A stretch of 64,000 nt of DNA from assembly GCA_963739455.1 (NCBI GenBank), contig CAVUAK010000001.1, positions 960,001 to 1,024,000 of the forward strand, read 5' to 3'. The notes beneath the pieces were generated by a model. It did no database searches, was not told the origin of the DNA, and saw nothing but the letters and a program-made list of their open reading frames with translations. How positions within the stretch are numbered: position 1 is the first letter of the stretch; every line of letters starts with the position of its first letter. The DNA is from an uncultured Gemmatimonadales bacterium (GTDB lineage Bacteria; Gemmatimonadota; Gemmatimonadetes; Gemmatimonadales; GWC2-71-9). Of the stretch, positions 44,030 through 55,273 are shown one piece after another. A program made the translations under genes and the position numbers.

Positions 44030-44971
44030 TCAGGGCCGGACCGCCTGCCAGGTAGAGTCGGGGTTGTAGCGCGCCATCGTCTTGAATGCCTCGAGCGTCC
44101 CATCACCGAGGTCCTTTTCGTACACCACACCCTCCCAGCTCACGATGAAGGTCTTGATGCCGGTCACCCCGTAGTCTGCTGGCGCCGCCACGAGCGCGAA
44201 GCCACCGAGCATCGCTCCCTCCACCATGAAGTTCATCTCGCCCAGTGGGGCCGCCGGGCCCTGTCCCTTGAGGATCTTGAAGTAGTAGCCGTGGAACGGC
44301 TCGTAACGCTCCGAATAGCCCTCGGAAATGTACTTCGCGATGGTCTCGCCCATGGGACCCTGCCACGTGCTGTCGGCGGCACGCCATGCCAGGCCGTCCT
44401 GCTTCCCGGGAGTACTGATCACCCGCTGCGCGTACTGATTCACGATCGACCCATCGCGCCGCGTGAACGCGTATGTGCGCTGGGCATCGACATAGTCGCG
44501 GCTGACCTGGATCGCGTTGAGCTCGTTTCCACCGATACGCCGGCGGAGGATCTCCTCCCTCCCCGCCGACACATCGAATGACCACTTGCCGCCCTGCTGC
44601 ACGATCGGGATCGGCATCGGCCAATCTTCCGCGCCCACATTGAGTACTGCCGTGGTCCTCGCGGAGTCGAACTCGAGCCGCTCCTGCACCCGCGCCTCCG
44701 TCGCGAACGCGATCGCATGGTTGCGGTCCGCGATGGTGTCTTCGGACGACACCAGGTCATCGCCTTCCGAGCCAAGGATCGCCATGAGTGCCGGCACATT
44801 GTAGTTCGCCGACGCTGTGATCAGCGCCGAAGCCGCTTCTTCCGGAGTCGCGAACTGCTGCGGCGGCACGGCGGGAGCAGTGGGGGGCTTCTTGTCGCAC
44901 CCCGTGAAGAGGCCGCACATGACGGCGGCCACCGCAAGCTGGCGCGCGCTGCGCGCGGTGATCGTGTTCAT
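44030..44971 (-). CDS. DUF2950 family exported/lipoprotein
   Basis: FATPEEA, WPMPIP, RRIGGNEL, PFHGYYFKIL, YGVTGIKTF. Confidence 0.9.
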   Translation of the reverse strand: MNTITARSARQLAVAAVMCGLFTGCDKKPPTAPAVPPQQFATPEEAASALITASANYNVPALMAILGSEGDDLVSSEDTIADRNHAIAFATEARVQERLEFDSARTTAVLNVGAEDWPMPIPIVQQGGKWSFDVSAGREEILRRRIGGNELNAIQVSRDYVDAQRTYAFTRRDGSIVNQYAQRVISTPGKQDGLAWRAADSTWQGPMGETIAKYISEGYSERYEPFHGYYFKILKGQGPAAPLGEMNFMVEGAMLGGFALVAAPADYGVTGIKTFIVSWEGVVYEKDLGDGTLEAFKTMARYNPDSTWQAVRP

Positions 44972-46467
44972 CGCCGACGTCCTCCGCCACCACCTCGCGA
45001 GCCCCCACCGCGCGATCCTCCCATGCTCGAGGCGCCGCGCGAGCTATTCCGCCGGGCGGTGGCACCACTGTAGCCGCTCGAACCGCCGCTCCAGCTGTTG
45101 GAGCCACCACGCGACGGCTGCGTGCTCGCACTTGGGCTACGCTGCCCTGCGCCACCAGACGGCCTCGTGCTCGCAGCTGAACCCCGCTGGCCCCCGCCGC
45201 CCGCAGGCTGCGTTCCGGCGCTTGGACCCCGCTGTCCGGCCCCCGCACCACCGCCGGGCCGCTGACCCTGCCCGCCGCCCTGCCTGTTGGCCACCCCGGC
45301 ACCGCGATCGCCACCGCCGTACTTGTTGGCGGTTCGCTGGTCGGCGTACGGAGCGCCACCTCGATGCGACGGGTTGTGCTGCCACTTGCCGCCGCCGGCG
45401 CCACCGGGACCGCCCACCCCACCGGCGCCGCCGACGCCACCAGCCCCCCCGACGCCACCAGCGCCCCCAACCCCACCAACTCCACCGACTCCTCCAGCTC
45501 CTCCGACTCCACCGACTCCACCGACTCCACCAACCCCTCCGACTCCACCAACTCCACCCACCCCACCGACTCCACCGATCTGGTTGAAGTTGTTGCCGTT
45601 GTTGATGTAGATGTTGCCGCCGCCCCATCCCGCGTAACAGCAGCTCCCACCCCAGATGGCCGCGCCCCACATCATGCCAACGGTGAAGGAGACCAGCGCC
45701 GCACCCGGCGGATAGACCGGGTAGTAGATCGGCGGATAGGGATAGACCGGCGGCCCGTAGACCACCGTCGGGCTGTACGTCGGCACGTAGATGACCTCGG
45801 GGTTGGTCGGCTGCACCACGATCACGGTCTTCTCGGCCACGACCTGCGTGTCGACCTTCTGCTGCTCATTTGATTCGAGCGCGCCGTTGTTCTTGGCCTT
45901 CCGCCGCATCCGCTGCACCGCGTCCATCACGCTGGCCTGATCCGCCAGGAAGGCATTTCCGAGCTCCGTGGCCCATTGGATATCGTCGGCGAGCCGCTTC
46001 ACCACCTCCGGAACGGCGGCCATCGACTGGACACTCGGGTCCCAGGGTTGCTTCGCGATGGAATCGGCGAGCGCCTTGTCCTTGAGGCCCGGGTGCTTGG
46101 CCAGCCACTGCTGCAGTTGGATGATCTCGAGCGGGTAGGTGGACGCGACCAGGGTCTGCGCGAGCAGCGGGTCGGGATACAGTGCAATCGGTGCCACCAG
46201 TGCGTCGAGCTGCGCCGAGGGAAGGGTCGCCCCCGTATCTGTCGCCGCCGCTGGCACCGGTCCCGATGTGACGGACATTTGCCCCGCCGAGCCAGTCACG
46301 GGAACCATCGAGGGGATCGTCGGTGCCGGCAACGGGGTCATCGGCTTTGCTTGCTGCGCCGAACCAGGCTGCACCACAGACAAGACGACGAGCAATGCCA
46401 TGGCGTGGCGCAATGGCCTCACAGGTCGCCGGTGCTGTTGCTTCGGAGGGAGCTCTGGGCGCGACAT
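44968..46467 (-). CDS. DUF3300 domain protein with Gly-rich tail
   Basis: LVAPIALYPDPLLAQ..ASTYP, WDPSV, YVPTYSP, WQHNPSHR. Confidence 0.92.
   Translation of the reverse strand: MSRPELPPKQQHRRPVRPLRHAMALLVVLSVVQPGSAQQAKPMTPLPAPTIPSMVPVTGSAGQMSVTSGPVPAAATDTGATLPSAQLDALVAPIALYPDPLLAQTLVASTYPLEIIQLQQWLAKHPGLKDKALADSIAKQPWDPSVQSMAAVPEVVKRLADDIQWATELGNAFLADQASVMDAVQRMRRKAKNNGALESNEQQKVDTQVVAEKTVIVVQPTNPEVIYVPTYSPTVVYGPPVYPYPPIYYPVYPPGAALVSFTVGMMWGAAIWGGSCCYAGWGGGNIYINNGNNFNQIGGVGGVGGVGGVGGVGGVGGVGGVGGAGGVGGVGGVGGAGGVGGAGGVGGAGGVGGPGGAGGGKWQHNPSHRGGAPYADQRTANKYGGGDRGAGVANRQGGGQGQRPGGGAGAGQRGPSAGTQPAGGGGQRGSAASTRPSGGAGQRSPSASTQPSRGGSNSWSGGSSGYSGATARRNSSRGASSMGGSRGGGSRGGGGGRRR
45388..45576 (-). repeat. 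Degenerate 9-bp tandem repeat encoding about 20 GGX (mostly GGV) triplets
   Basis: ccaccgact-like units on the + strand, translating to GGVGGVGGV...GGAGGV. Confidence 0.9.
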
Positions 46468-46483
46468 GTGGTGATCTCCTTGC

Positions 46484-49400
46484 CTAGTGTGGCGCCTCAG
46501 GGCGCTCAGCGCCAGCCACACCCTTCTTCGGGGAGCGGTTGGCAAGACGCATCACCACGGTGAAGAACAGCGGTGTGAAGAACACGCCAAGAATTGTGGC
46601 CGCAAGCATGCCACCGAATACGCCGGTACCAAGCGAGTTGCGGCTGCCCGCGCCAGCACCCGTCGCGATGACCAGTGGTACCACGCCCAGGATGAACGCG
46701 AAGCTGGTCATCAGGATCGGGCGAAAACGTTCCTTGGCCGCCTGGACCGCGGCCTCCCTGAATGGCTGCCCCTTGGCATGGAGCACATTGGCGAACTCCA
46801 CGATGAGGATGGCGTTCTTCGCCGCGAGCCCGACCACCGTCACCAGGCCAATGGTGAAGTAGAGGTCGTTGGGGATGCCCCGCACGGCGATCGCGAGCAG
46901 CGCGCCCAGGAGCCCGAACGGCACCACGAGGATCACTGCGACCGGGAGCGACCAGCTCTCATACTGCGCGGCCAGGATCAGGAAGACCAGCACGATGCCG
47001 AGGACGAAGATCATCGCCGTGGAGCCACTGGCGAGCTTCTCCTGGAGCGACTGGCCGCCGTAAGCGGTGCCGAGACCGCGCGAGGCGAACTCGATCCCCA
47101 GCCGCTCCGCGGCGGCGAGCATCTCACCCGAACTCTTCCCCGGCGGGGGCTCCCCGTTCACTTGCGCCGCCGTGAAGCCATTGAAGCGCGTCACCAGGGC
47201 GGGACCACCCTGCATGCGCCCCTGGCTGAAGGCCGACACCGGCACCATCGCCCCGCTGTTGTTCCGCACGTACAGTTTTCCGATGTCCTGCGGCCCGGTC
47301 CGGAACTGTGGCTTCGCCTCCACCTGCACCCGGTAGGTCTTGCCAAAGAGGTTGAAGTCATTGACGTAGTAGGTGCTGAGCATGGCCTGCAGCGTCTGGA
47401 ACACGTCGCTCAGCGTAAGCCCCAGTGACTTGGCCTTCTCCCGGTCCACGTCGAGGTGATAGGCCGGCACGTTGGGGCGCACGCCGGTGCGCGCGCGCAC
47501 CGTCCCCGTCGCGTTCAGGTCCTTGAGGAACTCCTGGCCCACCTCGATGAACTGCGCGTAGCTCCCTACGCTCCGGTTCTGGATGTACATCTCGAGGCCG
47601 GCGGTCACGCCCAGGCCCGGAATCTCCGGCATGTTGAACGCGAAACCCTGAGCCTCGCTGATGCCCCCGAACATCCGGTTGGCGCGAGCGATGACCGCGG
47701 GAAGCTGGAGGGAATCCGCCTTCCGCTCACCCCACGGCTTGAGGGTGATGAACATGGTGGCGGTGCTTGTCTGGTTCGCGTTGGAAATGAAGTCGAGGCC
47801 CTCGAGCGTTACCACGTTCTCGACGGCCGGGTCGTTCATGAGCTCTTGCTCCACCCGCTGCACCACCTTGTCGGTGCGCTGCAGCGAGGCGGCATCGGGC
47901 AGTGAGACAAACCCGACGAAGTAGCCCTTGTCTTCCGACGGGAGGAAGGCGGTCGGGGCGCGACTGAAGAGCACGAGCGAAAGCGCCACCATGACGGCGA
48001 ACATGGCCAGCATGGTCTTCGGCACGCCGAGTCCCAGCTTGACGATCCCGGCGTACCCCCCAGTCACCCGGTCGAACATCCGGTTGAACCATTCGAAGGG
48101 GGCCCACTTCTTGTGTCCCGGCTCGTGCGGCTTGAGGAGCACCGCGCAGAGGGCCGGGGTCAGGGTGAGTGCCACGATGCCGGAGATAATGACCGAAATC
48201 GCGATGGTGAGCGCGAACTGCTTGTAGAGGCGTCCGGTGAGGCCGCCCATGAAGGCCACTGGCACGAACACGGCGCAGAGCACGAGGACGATGGCGATGA
48301 GCGCGCCGCTCACTTCGGCCATGGCCTCGTCCGACGCCTGGGCCGGGCTCACATGGCGCTCGGCCATGATGCGCTCGACGTTCTCAACCACGACGATCGC
48401 GTCATCCACGACGATGCCGATGGCCAGCACCAGGCCGAACAGCGTGATCGAGTTGATCGAGAACCCGAACATCTGCATGCCGAAGAAGGTGCCGATGATG
48501 GACACCGGGACGGCGAGCGCCGGGATGAGGGTGGCGCGCCAGCTCTGCAGGAAGATGAACACCACCAGGAACACCAGGATCATCGCCTCGACGAGGGTAT
48601 GCAGCACCTCCTCGATCGAGGCCTCGACGAACGGCGTCGTGTCATAGACGATGTCGGCCGTGACGCCCGGGGGGAACAGCCTTCCGATTTCCTCCAGCCG
48701 GTGCGCGATCGCCTCGCGCACGTCGAGCGCGTTGGCCCCCGACCGCAGGTACACCGGGATGATCGCGGTCGCCTTGCCATTGAGCCGGCCCAGCAGGTCG
48801 TAGTTGCGGGCCCCGAGACGCACGGAGCCGATGTCACCGATACGCAGCAGGCTGCCATCCTGGTTGGCCCGGATGATGATCTGCTCGTACTCCTTCGCAT
48901 CGGTGAGGCGGCCCTTGGTCGTGACCGACAGCGTGAGGTCGGTGCCTGGCGGTGCCGGCTCGCGACCGACCCGACCCGCCCGGGTTCGTGGTGTTCTGCT
49001 CCCGCACGGCCGCCACGATCTCGGGCACCGAGACGTGCAGCTGCGCCATGCGGTACGGGTCGAGCGAGATCAGCATCGAAAATTCGAGCTGGCCATACAC
49101 GGTGGCATCGCCGACGCCGTTCAACTTCTTGAGCTCGTCCTCGACGTTGATCTTGAGGAAGTTGGAGAGGTACTCGGCGTCATAACGCGGGTCGTCGGAA
49201 CGGACCGCCACCATCAGCAGGATGTCCTTCTGCGCCTTCTTCACCGTGATGCCGTTCTGCCGGACCTCCTGCGGCAGCTGCGGCTCGGCCAGCTTCACCT
49301 GGTTCTGCACGTCGACGGCGGCAAGGTCCTGGTTCCGCTCGATGTTGAAGAACACCGAGAGGTTCATCGTACCGTCACTGCCATTCGCGGATGTGTAGTA

Positions 49401-49655
49401 AAGGAGGTCCTGGATGCCCGACAACTGCTGCTCGATCGGCGCGGCGACCGCTTCCGCGACGTCACTGGCCGTGGCGCCCGGGTAGAACGCCGACACGCTT
49501 ACGCTGGGCGGCGTGATCATCGGATAGCTGGCGATGGGAAGGCCCTTCATGGAGAAGAGCCCGAGCAGCACGATGACGATGGAGATCACCGACGACAGGA
49601 TGGGTCGCCGGATGAAGAGGTTCTTCGGGATGTAGGGACCGGCGGGATCGCTCAC
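46484..49655 (-). CDS. RND efflux permease (HAE1/AcrB-like), frameshift near 48975
   Basis: FIRRPI, AIGIVVDDAIVVVEN, AKNAILIVEFA, RFRPILMTS. Confidence 0.93.
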
Positions 49656-50832
49656 GTTGCCGGGGCCTTGGCGGCGGCCTCGACGGTGCCGGCCGTAGTC
49701 CTTCATGAACGGCTTCGCCACCACGGGAGAGCCGGTGCGCACCCGCTGGATGTTGTCCACGATCACCTGGTCGCCCGGATTCAGGCCCTTCTCGATGATC
49801 CAGTTGCTCCCGACCCAGCTGCCCGCCTGCACGTCGCGCGCCCGCGCGGTGTCGCCAACGGCGACATAGACGAACTGCCGACCGAGGGCCTGCTGCACCG
49901 CGGTCTGCGGGAACGAGGATCGCGTTGTTACGGGTCGCGCCCAGCAAGCGTGCACGCACGAACTGGCCGGGCAGGATGCGGCGCTGGGGATTCTTGAACG
50001 TCGTGCGGAGACGAAGTGAGCCGGTTTCGGTGTCGATGCGCAGGTCGGCAAAGTTGATGCGCCCCTCCTGCGGGAAGATGCTGCCGTCCGACAGCACCAG
50101 CTGCACCCGATACTTGTCCCGTGCCGGCCTCGTCACCCGGCCCGTGCGCACATCGTCCTCGTACCTGAGCCGATCATTGTCGGAGATCGACAGGTCGACA
50201 TAGATCGGATCCAGCTGGTCGATCGTCGCCAGGAGTGCGATCGGCCCCGGGACCTGGGCGCCGGTCAGGAGGTTCGCGGTGCCGATGCGGCCGCTGATCT
50301 CGGCCCGGATGACGGTGCGGTGAAGGTCAACGTCGGCCCTCTCGAGCGACGCGGTGCTGCCGGCAAGGTCTGCCTGGGCCGTCTGGTAGTGGGTGAGGAG
50401 AACGTCGTAGTCGCGCTGGCTGATGGCACCGCCCTTGAACAGCGCCTCGCCGCGCGCGAGGTCTCGCTTCGCCTGCTCGAGGTTGGCACGCGCCGTCTCC
50501 TCGGCGGCCGCCGAGGTGCGCGAATCCGCCTGGTAGATCGCCGGGTCAATCAGGAAGAGCTTGTCACCCTTCTTCACGTCGGAACCTTCGACGAAGTACC
50601 GCTCGAGGATCGTGCCCTGCACCAGCGAGCGCACTTCGATCCGGTGAGACGGCTGCGCTTCGGCGGTGAACTCGAACACCGCCGGCACCGCCTGGGCCGT
50701 GACCGTCAGCACACCGACCGTCGGGGGAGGAGGCGCGGGCGGACCGCCCTTGTCCTTGCAGCCAGGGAGGAGCAGGGGGAGGGCGACGAGGATGCTCGCG
50801 CCAAGTCTGGAGGGTAGTGCCAAGGTCACCAC
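49652..50832 (-). CDS. RND membrane fusion lipoprotein, frameshifts near 49910 and 49705
   Basis: LLPG-C lipobox, EGSDVKKGDKLFLID, ISGRIG, TGSLRLR, ILPGQFV. Confidence 0.9.
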
Positions 50833-50926
50833 CGGCTTGGGTGGAAGTCGAAGGTCCGAGCAGGGAAGATACCTTCTGGTCTGGCCGCCCGTTTGACAAG
50901 GCCTTCGCCGGGCAGGCACATTGTAT

Positions 50927-50951
50927 ATTAACGACAAAGTTCATCGGATTT
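50927..50951. promoter_or_regulatory. Candidate Rrf2-family (IscR/CymR-like) operator
   Basis: ATTAACGAC-AAAGTTC-ATCGGATTT overlapping the end of a TATATT -10-like box upstream of a sulfurtransferase. Confidence 0.4.
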
Positions 50952-50968
50952 CCGCATTGGAGGTAGCA

Positions 50969-51861
50969 ATGAGTCCGGACACCCCGCTGCCGGTTGTCAC
51001 GCCGATCACCGAGCGCGGCTATGCCCATCCGGAGGTTCTCGTTTCCACCGACTGGGTGGCTGCGCACCTCAACGACCCCAAGGTCCGCATTGTCGAGTCC
51101 GACGAGGACCTTCTGCTCTACGAGACCGGCCACGTCCCCGGTGCGGTGAAGATCGACTGGGTCACCGACCTGAACGACCAGCTCCGCCGCGACTACGTCT
51201 CCCGCGATGCGCTGGAGGCGCTGCTCCGCTCGAAGGGAATCTCCGGCGACACCACCATCGTGCTCTACGGCGACAAGAACAACTGGTGGGCCGCCTACTC
51301 CTTCTGGGTGCTGCGGCTCTTCGGGCTGGGCAACCTGCGACTCATGGACGGTGGACGGTTGCGGTGGGCCGAGGAGGGCCGGCCGCTGGTCACCGACGCG
51401 TCGAACTACCCGGCCGGCAACATCGTCGTGCCCGCCCGGAACGACGCGCCGATTCGCGCCTTCCGGGACGAGGTCCTCAAGCATGTCGCAGGCCGGCCGC
51501 AGGCTCGTCGATGTGCGGAGCCCGGAGGAGTACCGCGGCGAGCGCCTGCACATGGCCGACTATCCCAACGAAGGCGCGCTGCGCGGCGGGCACATTCCTG
51601 GTGCGCGGAGCATTCCGTGGGCTCGCGCCGTCGATCCGGCCACGCACTGTTTCCGGCCGGCCAGTGAACTGCGCACACTCTACCAGCAGGAGAACGGCAT
51701 CACTGGCGACGGGCGAGACGATCGTGTACTGCCGCATCGGGGAACGTTCATCCCACAGCTGGTTCGCGCTGACCTACCTGCTCGGGTTCAATAACGTGCG
51801 GAACTACGACGGAAGCTGGACCGAATGGGGCAATGGGGTGGGGCTCCCGATCGAGCGATAG
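50969..51861 (+). CDS. Two-domain sulfurtransferase (rhodanese), frameshifts near 51490 and 51712
   Basis: [38 protein letters not shown]. Confidence 0.93.
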
Positions 51862-51882
51862 GCGCATCATGCTGACATTGAC

Positions 51883-51908
51883 AGGGCGACCGCAAGGTCG
51901 CCCTTTTT
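51883..51908 (+). terminator. Intrinsic terminator
   Basis: AGGGCGACC-GCAA-GGTCGCCCT followed by TTTT. Confidence 0.9.
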
Positions 51909-51930
51909 GCTAAACGCTTATTTCATCAAT

Positions 51931-52012
51931 TGCTTACAGTGCACACTACGCGGTCGCTCCATCTACCAGATTGTAAGCAGGTACTTGCATTCTCTGGAAT
52001 TGGCGGTATCCT
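51931..52012 (+). promoter_or_regulatory. Promoter and candidate TetR operator
   Basis: TTGCAT-N16-TATCCT; TGTAAG-N6-CTTGCA at 51972-51989; extra TGCTTACA at 51931. Confidence 0.55.
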
Positions 52013-52020
52013 AGGCGCCC

Positions 52021-52630
52021 ATGAGTATCGACGCCAGGGAAAAACTGCTGGAAGTAGCCGCCCGTGTGTACGCCGAGGCGGGCTACCGGGGTACCACGAC
52101 GCGACGGATTGCCCAGGAGGCGGACCTCAACGAGGTCACGCTCTTCCGGCACTTCGGGTCCAAGGATGCGCTGCTCCGCGAGGCGATCGAGCGTCGCCGA
52201 TCGACAGAGTCGCGAGTTGCTCGACCTCGACGCCGTCGATCCGATCGCCGAGCTGCATCGCTGGGCGTTCGCGGCGTTCCAGCGCTTCTATCGCCAACGG
52301 AACCTGATCCGGCAGGTGCTCGGCGACATCGTGCAGCGTCCCGAGATCGCGCCGTCGATCTGCGACGAGACGACAACCGCCGAGTTCGACCAGCTCATCC
52401 TCTACCTGCGGGTGCTCGAGGAGCGGGGCGTGGTGCACATCGGCGACCCGTTGCTGCTCGAGGCAAGCGGCGCCATGCTGGTGCACGCGCTGCTGAGTCA
52501 TGCGCTTTGGCGTGATCTCGTGCCCAACATGCCGGCGCCGGAAGAGTGCACCCGCCTGTTCGTGGAAGTCCTGCTGCGCGCCATCGGGGCGCGCACCCTT
52601 GCGGCCATTCCTGAAGGAGCTCGCCCATGA
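52021..52630 (+). CDS. TetR/AcrR family regulator, frameshift near 52210
   Basis: GYRGTTTRRIAQEADLNEVTLFRHFGSKDALL. Confidence 0.92.
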
Positions 52631-54099
52631 GGTCCATCGCTGTCGGTGTACTGGTGATGCTCGCGGCTGGCACGACGGGGACGCTCGAGGCCCAGCAGCC
52701 CGTGCCCAATGCAAGGGTACAGGCGCCGGTGGGCGATACGCTGCGGCTCACGCTGTCCGACGCGCTTGCGCAGGCCGAGCCGGCGAGCGAGCAGGTGGGC
52801 ATTGCGGCGGCGGGAGTGCGAAAGGCCAAGGGCGCGGTGATGCAGACCAGGTCGTACCTGTTGCCGCAGGTCAACCTCGGGCCGCAATACACCCACGTCT
52901 TCGAGAATCCATACCAGAACTTCTTCCCGCCCGACACGACTGGTTCAAACCCGTTTACGGCGACGAACCAGTGGCGCATCGGCGGTAGTGCCAGCATGTC
53001 GCTCCTCAACCTGAGCCAGTGGGCGCAGCTGGGGGCAAGCAAGACGGCGACGCGCGTATCCGAGCTGCAGCTGTCGCAGCAGCAGGCGCTCACGATCCTC
53101 ACGGTGGCGAGCGCGTACTACGACGCCTCCCTCACGGCGCAGCTCGTGACCATTACCGAGTACACCCTGGCCCAGACCGAGCGCACGCTCAAGGACGTGA
53201 CCCTGGGGCGCGAGGTGGGCACCCAGTCGGAGTTCGAGCAGCTCCGCGCCCGGGTGGCACGCGACAACCAGGTCCCGGTCGTGACGCGGTCTCGCGCCAA
53301 CCGCGACATCGCCTCGACCCGGCTCAAGCAGCTCCTCGACATCCCGCTGACGACCGAGGTGGTACTCGAGACACCGCTCGACGACCAGGAGAACCCTGGC
53401 GCGCTGCCGTCGGACGTGGACACGCTGCTGCAGGGGGCGGATACGGCGGCGGCAGCCCGCGCCGTGGTGCGCACGGCGGAGGAGACCGTTCGCCAGAATG
53501 AACAACTCAATGCGGCCGCGGGACGGCAGTGGATCCCGACGCTGCAGACCACCATGAACTACAATCGCGCGGGCTTCAGCGCCGACTTCTTCCCGGTGAA
53601 CAGCGAGTTCGGCAACGACTGGACCTTGGTCGCCGTGCTCAACTGGCCGATCTTTACCTCAGGGCGGATCCTCGGTTCGAAGCGCCAGACCGAGGCCAGC
53701 CTCGACGCGGCGCGCCTGCAGGCCAAGCTCACCGGCGAACAGGCGGCGCTCGACAACGTGACGGTGCACGCCCGGCTGCGCGAGGCCCAGGACAATGCGA
53801 CGGCCACGGCGAGCGTCGTTGAGCAGGCCACCCGCGCCTACGATATCGCTGAGCTGCGCTTCCGCGAGGGCCTGTCCACCCAGACCGAACTGCAGGACGT
53901 TCGGCTGCAGTTCGAGCAGTCCCGCGCCAACCAGGCACAGGCCGCTCGCGACCTCCAGGTGGCCCGGCTGCGCTTGACGCTCCTCCCGTACCTGCCGCTT
54001 GGCACCGCGGATGGCATCGCGGCCACGACGTCGACCGTCACGACCACCGGCACCGCCACGCAGACCCTGTCCGGCGCCGTGGCGTCGCCGGGACGCTGA
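52627..54099 (+). CDS. TolC family outer-membrane factor
   Basis: Signal peptide, LTLSDAL, LPQV, LNWPIF, RFREGLST, efflux operon context. Confidence 0.9.
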   Translation: MRSIAVGVLVMLAAGTTGTLEAQQPVPNARVQAPVGDTLRLTLSDALAQAEPASEQVGIAAAGVRKAKGAVMQTRSYLLPQVNLGPQYTHVFENPYQNFFPPDTTGSNPFTATNQWRIGGSASMSLLNLSQWAQLGASKTATRVSELQLSQQQALTILTVASAYYDASLTAQLVTITEYTLAQTERTLKDVTLGREVGTQSEFEQLRARVARDNQVPVVTRSRANRDIASTRLKQLLDIPLTTEVVLETPLDDQENPGALPSDVDTLLQGADTAAAARAVVRTAEETVRQNEQLNAAAGRQWIPTLQTTMNYNRAGFSADFFPVNSEFGNDWTLVAVLNWPIFTSGRILGSKRQTEASLDAARLQAKLTGEQAALDNVTVHARLREAQDNATATASVVEQATRAYDIAELRFREGLSTQTELQDVRLQFEQSRANQAQAARDLQVARLRLTLLPYLPLGTADGIAATTSTVTTTGTATQTLSGAVASPGR

Positions 54100-54134
54100 T
54101 CCACATGTCACCAATCGCACCAAGGAAGAGCCCG

Positions 54135-55264
54135 ATGAAAGTGTGGAGCACAGCGGCCAGTGCTCGTGATCTCGATGGTCGCGGGCGTGACCTTCATGGG
54201 ATGCCGGGCTGAGAAGGCGGCCGACGCCACCGAGAACCAGGCGCCGGTAGTCATCGGGCCGGAGAACATCACGGTGGTCACCGACACGACACTGGTGGAT
54301 GGGCCACCCATCTCGGGCGCGCTGGGTGCCGAGCGGGCGGCTCGTGTCCGCGCCGAGATGGGTGGATCCGTGCTGCAGGTATTCGCAGAGCCGGGACAGG
54401 CCGTGAAGGAGGGCCAGGTCCCTGGCGCAGATCGAGCCCCAGACGGCGCGCGAACAGGCGGCGTTCACCGACGCGCTCGTGCGGAGCCTGCAGAACGACC
54501 TGCGCCTGCAGCAGCGAAATCTCGAGCGCGACAAGCGGCTGGCCGAGGCGGGCGCGGTGTCTGCTCGCGCGGTTGAGGCGGATTCACTCGCGGTATCACA
54601 GGCGGAGGCGTCGCTCGCCGAGGCAAACGCGCGCCAGGTCGTGGCGCGCCGGATCCTGGAGCGCTCGACCGTGCGCGCTCCATTCGCCGGGATCGTCAGC
54701 GATCGCACCATCAGCGTGGGCGATGTCGTGAAGGACGGCACCGAGCTCTTCACCATCCTCGATCCGTCGAGCCTGCGTCTCGAGGGACAGGTGCCGGCCG
54801 ACGCGCTTCGCCGTCTCAAGGTCGGCACCCCGGTGCAGTTCTCCCTCACCGGCTTCCAGGGAGATCGCCTCACCGGACACGTCAGCCGCATCTATCCGTC
54901 GGTGGATCCGGCCACCGGCCAGGTCAAGATCCTGGTCGCGGTGCCGAACCCGCGGCAGGAACTCGTCGTCGGGCTCTTTGCGGAGGGCCGAGTCATCACC
55001 GCCTCCCGCAAGGGACTGACGGTGCCCCAGGCGGCGGTCGACCTGCGTGGTGTGCGTCCGGCGGTGGTACAGCTCAAGGGCGGGCGACTGCAGCGCACCG
55101 AGGTGACCACGGGCCTCGAGGACACGGTGGCCGAGCAGATCGAGATCACCTCGGGCCTGGCGGTGGGCGACACGATCGTGCTGGGCAGCGCGCGCGGCAT
55201 TCCTGACGGCACGCCGGCGCGGGTGCAGGCAGTGGCCGAGCGCGGCACGTCGGCGGCGCGGTAA
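54135..55264 (+). CDS. RND membrane fusion protein, frameshifted
   Basis: EPGQAVKEGQ, VRAPFAGIVS, IYPSVDPAT, SGLAVGD. Confidence 0.9.
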
Positions 55265-55273
55265 GGGGCAACC

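Noticed and set aside
45388..45576. CRISPR array
   Set aside because: In-frame 9-bp coding repeat with no spacers and no cas genes
50893..50898. TTGACA as the -35 of the sulfurtransferase promoter
   Set aside because: It lies 25 bp from the TATATT box, too far for sigma70
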